Below are positions 8,418 through 14,497 of a stretch of DNA of 64,000 nucleotides, piece by piece. Below the pieces are notes generated by a model. It was not told where the DNA came from, made no database searches, and saw only the letters and a program-made list of their open reading frames with translations. Position 1 is the stretch's first letter, and the number at the start of each line of letters is the position of its first letter. Source of the DNA: an uncultured Actinomycetes bacterium (GTDB lineage Bacteria > Actinomycetota > Thermoleophilia > Gaiellales > Gaiellaceae); contig CAWFIP010000001.1 of NCBI GenBank assembly GCA_963815895.1, forward strand, positions 88,519 to 152,518, read 5' to 3'. Made by a program: the position numbers and the translations under genes.

Positions 8418-9599
8418 CTAGCCCCCCTGTTGAGTCTTGCCGGCGCCGGTTCCGCTGTCGGCCTTCTCGGCCTTCGCGGCCGCTCCCGTTTCCCCCGCGG
8501 AAGCGATGTCGGTCGGTACCTTCGTGAACCGCTCGAAGAAGCCGGAGAAGAACGCGAGGATGCCGTAGTAGGCGTAGTCGCGGTCCACCCCGGGTGTCTG
8601 CGTCTGCAGGATCCCGCTCGCGAGCAAGAGGAACGTCGCGACACCGAAGACCCCACCGACGAAGGGACGGTAGATCCCGAGCCAACGCACGTTGGCCCGC
8701 CCGACCTCGAAGTCGAGTGTGAACTTCGACTCGTCGGTCGAGGCCATGCGCTGCAGCACGCTCAGAAATGCGCCGAGCGCGCCGGCCATGACGCTGATGA
8801 TGAACAGCTGGAGCTCTCCCCAGTGCGCCGGGCCACCGTCGAGGCTGTCGACGGGCCACGTGAGCCCGACGGTCATGGCCGTGACCAGTGCGAGGACGAG
8901 CAGGCCCTGCACCATGCCCCAGAAGAACAGGATCTTCCCCTGCCCCTCGCCGGTGCGCCTGTAGAAGCTCGCGACGTCGGCGAGCTCACTGCGCTGCTCG
9001 TGCACGAACTCCTTGCACTGCGCCTGATGGACCCAGTCCGGCGCTTGCAGCCCGGCGGCCGCGGGCGGTGCTTGACGACCCCACTCGCGGTCGACGTATC
9101 CCAGCAGCTGGCTTGCCACAGCGTTGATGCGGCGCAACGCGATCAGCTCACTCGGGCCGCGCAGGATCTCCTCGACCCGGACGGCAAGCGACTCGCAATC
9201 GTCGAGCGCCCTGGCAACCTCGGGCTCGTCGCGGGTAGCCCAGTCCGTCACGCGGTGAAAGCGCGGGATGTGCTCATGACCCCACAGGCGCACTGTCCTT
9301 CGCCGCTTCTTCACCGAGAACGCGACCGCCGAGGCATCGCGGACCGACCAGTACGCGTTCTTGATCTGGCCGTACTTGTGCTCGAACAGGGCCCACTTGC
9401 GCTTGAAGTCGTCCTCGAGTGTGGAGTCTGACCGGAGACTCTCGCGAGCCCCGTCGTAGAGCTCGAGCTCCCACGCCCGGTGCGCGCGGACGAGATCGGG
9501 AAACGTCACGAACTCGGAAGCATCGTCTCGCCCGGCACCGTTGGTCGCGGCTCCAGGCCCGACCCTCGCCTTCCCCGCGACCGCGGTTCCTGTTGCCAT
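8418..9599 (-). CDS. Hypothetical membrane protein: ~230-aa helical soluble N-domain plus four C-terminal TM helices
   Basis: ATG 9599 is preceded by GGGAGGttcgcgtg. Predicted TM segments: ILFFWGMVQGLLVLALVTAMTVGL, LQLFIISVMAGALGAFLSVL, PFVGGVFGVATFLLLASGIL, YAYYGILAFFSGFF. I recognise no family. Confidence 0.6.
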   Translation of the reverse strand: MATGTAVAGKARVGPGAATNGAGRDDASEFVTFPDLVRAHRAWELELYDGARESLRSDSTLEDDFKRKWALFEHKYGQIKNAYWSVRDASAVAFSVKKRRRTVRLWGHEHIPRFHRVTDWATRDEPEVARALDDCESLAVRVEEILRGPSELIALRRINAVASQLLGYVDREWGRQAPPAAAGLQAPDWVHQAQCKEFVHEQRSELADVASFYRRTGEGQGKILFFWGMVQGLLVLALVTAMTVGLTWPVDSLDGGPAHWGELQLFIISVMAGALGAFLSVLQRMASTDESKFTLDFEVGRANVRWLGIYRPFVGGVFGVATFLLLASGILQTQTPGVDRDYAYYGILAFFSGFFERFTKVPTDIASAGETGAAAKAEKADSGTGAGKTQQGG

Positions 9600-9852
9600 C
9601 ACGCGAACCTCCCACTTGGTCCGCGCCGCATACGGACGAATCGCACGCAGGATAGGCCAGCGACCGTCCAGGCTCAAGAGTTGCTCTGCACGAACGTCTG
9701 CGCGCGCAGGTTGGTGCTGAACACGACCAGCCCTATATCGCGATCTGGACGACCTCTCCACGCGGGTGTGCGCGCGAGATTTCACGGCATGCGCCACGAC
9801 CACTGATCCCCATTCGGGCGCACGAAATTCACAGGTTGAAATTGCACGGCCA

Positions 9853-9892
9853 TTAGCCGCCCGTTAGCCGCCTGTGGCTGCGGCGTTAGCGG
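9853..9892 (+). promoter_or_regulatory. Second 11-bp-phased heptamer array: TTAGCCG (9853), TTAGCCG (9864), degenerate TGGCTGC (9875), TTAGCGG (9886)
   Basis: Direct reading of ccaTTAGCCGcccgTTAGCCGcctgTGGCTGCggcgTTAGCGGtc. It ends 50 nt upstream of the micro-ORF ATG at 9942. Confidence 0.4.
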
Positions 9893-9941
9893 TCGGCCCG
9901 AGCGTGACCGGCGCACCCAAGAACCCGGAAGGAGGGGAACG

Positions 9942-10052
9942 ATGCGCCAGGTCAAGTCACTGCACGCGATGCTGGTCGTGCTTGCGGTTGGTCTGCTCGC
10001 GCTCGCGGCTCCGCTCGTCGCGTATGCCGACGGCGGCCCCAAGGGCGGCTGA
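9942..10052 (+). CDS. Unlisted 36-codon ORF encoding a signal peptide plus a 7-residue tail: MRQVKSLHAMLVVLAVGLLALAAPLVAYA/DGGPKGG
   Basis: Strong SD GGAAGGAGGGG 5 nt before ATG 9942. The N-region (RQVK), H-region and AYA cleavage-type motif are present. TGA at 10050-10052. A 13-bp hairpin follows immediately. It is below the length cutoff of the ORF track. Confidence 0.45.
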   Translation: MRQVKSLHAMLVVLAVGLLALAAPLVAYADGGPKGG

Positions 10053-10073
10053 TGCCACAGCACGAAGCGAGAC

Positions 10074-10102
10074 GAGGGAGGCCCGCATCGCGGGCCTCCC
10101 TC
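10074..10102. terminator. Perfect GC-rich hairpin between the convergent micro-ORF and the SARP-cyclase gene
   Basis: GAGGGAGGCCCGC-atc-GCGGGCCTCCCTC. The right arm overlaps the TAG stop (10104-10102) of the minus-strand gene. Confidence 0.6.
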
Positions 10103-13100
10103 TATGCGGAGACGCTCAGTTCGAGGAGACCTCGCGCGGTCGCGACGCCGACAACGTTGCCCTTTTGTGCGAACAGCGCGATCGCGTCTTCGATGGCTCG
10201 ATTGGCCGCGGCGTGCAACTCGCCAGTGCGCAGTACCTCCGCGAGCGCAAGCCTCGTTGCGGCGATCCGGTTGAGCCCATCGGTCCGATCTGCGAGGCGA
10301 ACGACCTCCTCGGCGAGCTCGCGTGCTTTCTCGACCTCTCCTCTCCGTGCGAGAAGCCTTGCCTCGACCGGGCCGAGCACGAGTTGGACGCTCTGGTCGT
10401 CGCTCGCGGCGTTGGCACGCGCGACGATCATCCACTGTTCAGCCTCGTCGATTCGATCCTGTCTATAGATCGCGTCCGCGAGTTTCGCGGCCCTGACTGC
10501 GAAGTGGCTCAGGTCCTGCGTGCGCTCCAGGTACTCGCATTGGTCACGGAGCGTACGCTCCGCGGCTGGAAGATCGGAGGCGAGCAGCTCGATGTCGGCC
10601 GCCACCGTTCCGCAATGCACGACGGCGGCTCCCGATGCGCCCAACTCCTCGAGTGCATGTCTCGCCTCGGCAATGAGCTCCCGCGCATGGTCGAAGCGGC
10701 CGACCTGCGCATGCAGACCGCCCAGATACGGGATGACCGACGCCCGACCCGCATGCCCGATCGTCTCGTCAGCGAGAAGCCCGGCGCAGCCTTCGATGCC
10801 CATGGTCACAGGAGTTGGCCCCCAATACGTTGCTGCCGCGATTTGTCCTAGACATGTGGCTGGCGGGAATCCGGTGATCCGGTAGTACTCGAGCGCGCGC
10901 TCTTCTGCTTCTCTCCAGGCGGTGTGGTTCCCGTGGATCCCGCCGCGGACGTATCCGAGGAGGAGCCACGCCCGAGCGAGGGAGCGATTGTCCGCTACGG
11001 CCTCGAACACGGGCACTGCCCTTTCGGCCACCTTGATCAGCTCCCGCGCCGCACCTTCGGGCTCAGTGAGAAGGCGCAGGTATGCAGCTTCGATCCTCGC
11101 ACGCAGCTCAACTCGTCGGTGCCCAGCGCGTTCCGCCCCGTCGATTGCCTCGAGCAAGGTCATGTTGCTGGCCTTGGACTGTCCCGCCGCATCACGAGCG
11201 ACGCCGAGTTCGCACATGAGCTCGTAGTGCGCCTCTTGCTCGCGCGGGAGCAACGGAATCGCCCGCTCCAGCAGGCTGATCGTCGCGGGCATGTCGCCGC
11301 GCTTGAGTGCTCGGAAGCCGGCGTCGCCGAGCCGGCGCCCGGCTTCCTCTGCGAGTCGCTTGGTCCTGCGATCGGACTCCCCCAGCTCTGTTCGCAACCG
11401 ATGCGCCTGCTCGAGGTGGTAACCGGCGAACTCATCGAGATCCGCAGGCTCGTCGTCCCGGCCCTCGAAGCGGTCGATGAAGCGCTCGTGCAGGTCCGCG
11501 CGGAGACGCTTCGGGGCCGCGCGGTAGACGGCCTCCTGCACGAGAACGTGGCGGAATCGGAACCGGCCGGGGTCAGACGGCCGCACGAATCCGCGGGCCG
11601 ACAGCGCCTGCATGTGCACCTCGGAGGTTGGCGCCGCCTCAGGCTCGAGCAGCGCGGCAACGTCGTCGAGACGGAACTCCTTCCCGATGACTGCCCCGCG
11701 CTCGAGCACTGCCCGCTCCCCGGGTCCAAGCCGGTCGAGGCGCGCGGCGAGGAGCGCCTGGACCGTCTCCGGAAGCCTTCCCTCGGCGAGCCCGCCTTCG
11801 AGCGCCAGCGCGAGCAGCTGCTCGAGGAAGAACGGGTTGCCCTCGGCAGTCGCGACGATGCGATCGCGTTGATCGGACTCGAGCACGGCCCCGCCGAGGT
11901 GATCGAGGAGCGTATCCGTCTCGTCCGCGGACAAGGCATCGAGCACGAGGTAGTCGGCGCTCGGCAGGCCGTCGAGGAATGCCGGCCGTTCCTCGAGGAG
12001 CTCCTCGCGCGCGATGCAGACGACGAGGATCGGGGCCTCGCCCTTGCCGGCCAGGTGCTCGACGAGCTCGAGGAACGTCGGCTCGGCCCAGTGGACGTCG
12101 TCGAAGACGAGGACGAGCGGCCGCTCGCGGCCCAGCGCCTCGCAGAACTGCCGGAAGAGCCAGGCGATCTCGGGCGCGGGCGGCGGTGTCTCGGCATCGA
12201 GCGCCGCGAGCACGGCGTCGCGTTGCTCGCCTTCCGGGGCATCGGCGAGCACCTCGCGCAGCGGCCAGTAGGTGATGCCCTCCCCGTACGAGAGGCAGCG
12301 ACCCCAGAGTGTCGTCACGTCCTTCGCGCGGCCCGCGAGCTCGGCGACGAGGCGTGACTTCCCCGCACCAGGATGACCGACGACAACCTTCGCGCGGGCT
12401 GTGCCGGTCTCCACGGCTCGCTTCAGCGCTCTGCGGAGCGCCGTCAGCTCGCGCTTGCGTCCGACGAGCGGCGCGTCGAGCCGGCTCTCGAACGCTGGAC
12501 CGACGGGCTCGAGCTCCAGGAGCCGGTACGCACGTACCGGGTCTCGCTTGCCCTTGATCTCGAGCTCGCCGAGCGACTCGAGCTGCGCGGCGTGGTCGAT
12601 CAGCCTGGCGGCCACCTCGCCGACGACGATCTCGCCGTCGCCCGCAGCCTGCTCGAGCTTGGCGGCGATGCCGACCGCCTCGCCGGTGACGAGCCGCTGC
12701 CGGGCGTCGGTCGTCGTCGCGACGACCTCCCCCGACTCCAGGCCGATGCGGACCTCGAGCCCCACTCCGAAGTCCGAGACGAGTCGCTCGTTGAGAACGG
12801 CAAGCCCTGCCCGGACGTCGAGCGCCGCGCGGGCTGCGCGAAGCGCATCGTCTTCGTGGGACACGGGGATGCCGAACGCCGCCATCACGGCGTCGCCGGC
12901 GTACTTCTCGACCGCGCCGCCGTGTCGCGTGATCGCGGCGGACACCGTTTCGAAGTAGCTCTGCAGGACGCGTCCGAGCGCCTCTGCATCGAGCGCTTCC
13001 GCGAGCGCCATCGACTCGACGACGTCACAGAAGAGGATCGTGACGAGGCGCCGGAACTGCATCGACGGCCCGGCGCGCGCGGTCTCCTCGAGCAGCAGGG

Positions 13101-13860
13101 ACTCGTCCTGCCGCAGGATCGCCGACTCCAGCTCCTTGAGCTCGGGCCCCGGATCGAGGCCGAGCTCGTCGAGCAGCGTCTCGCGCGCGGCGCGGAACGC
13201 GGCAAGTGCGTCTGCCTGACGCCCCGACCGGTAGAGCGCGAGCATGAGCTGCCCGCGCGGCCGCTCGCGGAGCGGGTGGGCCTGGACGAGCGCCTCGAGC
13301 TCCGAGACGAGCTCTGCGTGGCGGCCGAGCGCGAGATCGGCGTCGATCCGCTCCTCGAGGACGACGGTGCGCAGCTCCTCGAGGCGGGCGATCTCGTTCT
13401 GCGCGAACGGCTCGTAGACGAAGTCGGCGAGCGCCGGGCCGCGCCAGAGTGCGAGCGCCTCGCGCAGCGACGCCTCGGCGGTCTCCGTGCTCCCGGCCTG
13501 GAGCGCCTCCCGCCCCTCGTCCGTGAGGCGTGCGAACACATGGAGGTCGACCGACCCCCGGTCGAGCTCGAGCGCGTACCCGGGTGGTCGCGTGACGATG
13601 ACGGGCCCCAGCGCCTTCCGGAGCTGCGAGACGTACACCTGGACTGCGTGCGGGGCCGAGTCCGGCGTTTCCCCCGGCCAGAGCGCTTCCACGAGCCGGT
13701 CAGCAGAGACGACGCGACCGAGATCGAGCGCAAGCACCGCGAGCAGCGCCCGCGGCTTCGCGCCCCCGAGCGTGACGAAGCGGCCGTCCTGCACTGCCTC
13801 GAGCGGGCCGAGCAGCCGTAGCTCGAGCTTGCGATCGCCCCCCTGACGCGATCCGCTCAT
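10102..13860 (-). CDS. SARP (wHTH+BTAD) - class III adenylate/guanylate cyclase - STAND/AAA ATPase - TPR multidomain regulator (1252 aa from ATG 13860)
   Basis: wHTH: LRLLGPLEAVQDG...PRALLAVLALDLGRVVSADRLVEALW...GYALEL. BTAD: LWRGPALADF...GQLMLALYRSGRQADALAAFRAARETLLDELGLDPGPELKELESAILRQD. Cyclase: VTILFCDVVESMALAE, KYAGDAVMAAFG, VRIGLESGEVV. Walker A: VVGHPGAGKSRLV. The C-terminus is long, helical and TPR-like. The ORF-track N-extension (to 14115) was rejected. Confidence 0.85.
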   Translation of the reverse strand: MSGSRQGGDRKLELRLLGPLEAVQDGRFVTLGGAKPRALLAVLALDLGRVVSADRLVEALWPGETPDSAPHAVQVYVSQLRKALGPVIVTRPPGYALELDRGSVDLHVFARLTDEGREALQAGSTETAEASLREALALWRGPALADFVYEPFAQNEIARLEELRTVVLEERIDADLALGRHAELVSELEALVQAHPLRERPRGQLMLALYRSGRQADALAAFRAARETLLDELGLDPGPELKELESAILRQDESLLLEETARAGPSMQFRRLVTILFCDVVESMALAEALDAEALGRVLQSYFETVSAAITRHGGAVEKYAGDAVMAAFGIPVSHEDDALRAARAALDVRAGLAVLNERLVSDFGVGLEVRIGLESGEVVATTTDARQRLVTGEAVGIAAKLEQAAGDGEIVVGEVAARLIDHAAQLESLGELEIKGKRDPVRAYRLLELEPVGPAFESRLDAPLVGRKRELTALRRALKRAVETGTARAKVVVGHPGAGKSRLVAELAGRAKDVTTLWGRCLSYGEGITYWPLREVLADAPEGEQRDAVLAALDAETPPPAPEIAWLFRQFCEALGRERPLVLVFDDVHWAEPTFLELVEHLAGKGEAPILVVCIAREELLEERPAFLDGLPSADYLVLDALSADETDTLLDHLGGAVLESDQRDRIVATAEGNPFFLEQLLALALEGGLAEGRLPETVQALLAARLDRLGPGERAVLERGAVIGKEFRLDDVAALLEPEAAPTSEVHMQALSARGFVRPSDPGRFRFRHVLVQEAVYRAAPKRLRADLHERFIDRFEGRDDEPADLDEFAGYHLEQAHRLRTELGESDRRTKRLAEEAGRRLGDAGFRALKRGDMPATISLLERAIPLLPREQEAHYELMCELGVARDAAGQSKASNMTLLEAIDGAERAGHRRVELRARIEAAYLRLLTEPEGAARELIKVAERAVPVFEAVADNRSLARAWLLLGYVRGGIHGNHTAWREAEERALEYYRITGFPPATCLGQIAAATYWGPTPVTMGIEGCAGLLADETIGHAGRASVIPYLGGLHAQVGRFDHARELIAEARHALEELGASGAAVVHCGTVAADIELLASDLPAAERTLRDQCEYLERTQDLSHFAVRAAKLADAIYRQDRIDEAEQWMIVARANAASDDQSVQLVLGPVEARLLARRGEVEKARELAEEVVRLADRTDGLNRIAATRLALAEVLRTGELHAAANRAIEDAIALFAQKGNVVGVATARGLLELSVSA

Positions 13861-13942
13861 CTCCAACCCCACATGTGCCTTTTGGGACGATCTAGCTTCG
13901 CACGCGCAAGCCCCGGCGTCTATCGCGCGGACGATTTCGTGC

Positions 13943-13960
13943 TTGAGCGCTCCTTGAGCG
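13943..13960 (+). promoter_or_regulatory. SARP-type operator box 2: TTGAGCGctccTTGAGCG
   Basis: Lies in the divergent intergenic region. Followed by 8 bp (gcggggtc) and then GACAGT. ATG 14018 is 58 nt downstream. Confidence 0.6.
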
Positions 13961-14017
13961 GCGGGGTCGACAGTGACGTGCATGCACACGAGACCCGCAC
14001 GCCGAAAAGGAGAACTC

Positions 14018-14413
14018 ATGGCTGCCTTCATCGTCCTCCCCGCATCCGCGGGCGAGACGTCTCGCCCAGGAGCTCGGCTCAACATCTTCCCGGGCTCCGC
14101 GACGCCGGCGGTCATGACCGCCGATGCGCCCTTCTGGATCGGCTACGGGTTCGTCCCCGAGCCGAGCGAGCCGGACCCGGAGGGCAGCTGGGCGAGGGAC
14201 GAGGAGACGAGATTCGAACTCCTGGTGGACGCCGACCTGGTGTCGCTCGACACCGATCTGACGGTCGACGGGGAGCGCGCGGTCAGCAAGCTCAGCGTCG
14301 CCATCTTTCCCGATGGGCTCGCGGCGGGCTGGCATCGGTTCTCCGGCCGCTGGTTCGAGGCGGGCTCGCTCGTTCTCACGAGCGAGCGCTCGATCGAGTT
14401 CGTCGAACGTTGA
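14018..14413 (+). CDS. Hypothetical 131-aa protein (no signal peptide seen)
   Basis: AAGGAGaactcATG at 14018: MAAFIVLPASAGETSRPGARLNIFPGS...WFEAGSLVLTSERSIEFVER. I recognise no family. Confidence 0.6.
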   Translation: MAAFIVLPASAGETSRPGARLNIFPGSATPAVMTADAPFWIGYGFVPEPSEPDPEGSWARDEETRFELLVDADLVSLDTDLTVDGERAVSKLSVAIFPDGLAAGWHRFSGRWFEAGSLVLTSERSIEFVER

Positions 14414-14427
14414 GCGCTTCTTGAGCG
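14410..14427 (+). promoter_or_regulatory. SARP-type operator box 3: TTGAGCGcttcTTGAGCG
   Basis: The first heptamer overlaps the TGA stop (14411-14413) of the preceding gene. Followed by 8 bp (ccaccggc) and then GATTAC. GTG 14498 is 71 nt downstream. Confidence 0.6.
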
Positions 14428-14497
14428 CCACCGGCGATTACTTCCTCCGCATGAACAGCATGCACCATGACCCACGCGGAGAGACGGGAGGTCAGTC

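Noticed and set aside
10102-13860. Interpreting the cyclase gene as a Pycsar/CBASS-type antiphage cyclase
   Set aside because: The cyclase is embedded in a SARP-ATPase-TPR regulator architecture typical of actinobacterial signalling proteins. No cNMP-binding effector gene is adjacent. A defence role cannot be argued from sequence alone.
13861-14115. 85-codon N-terminal extension of the SARP-cyclase ORF
   Set aside because: It overlaps box 2 and the start of the divergent gene. The wHTH begins right after ATG 13860.
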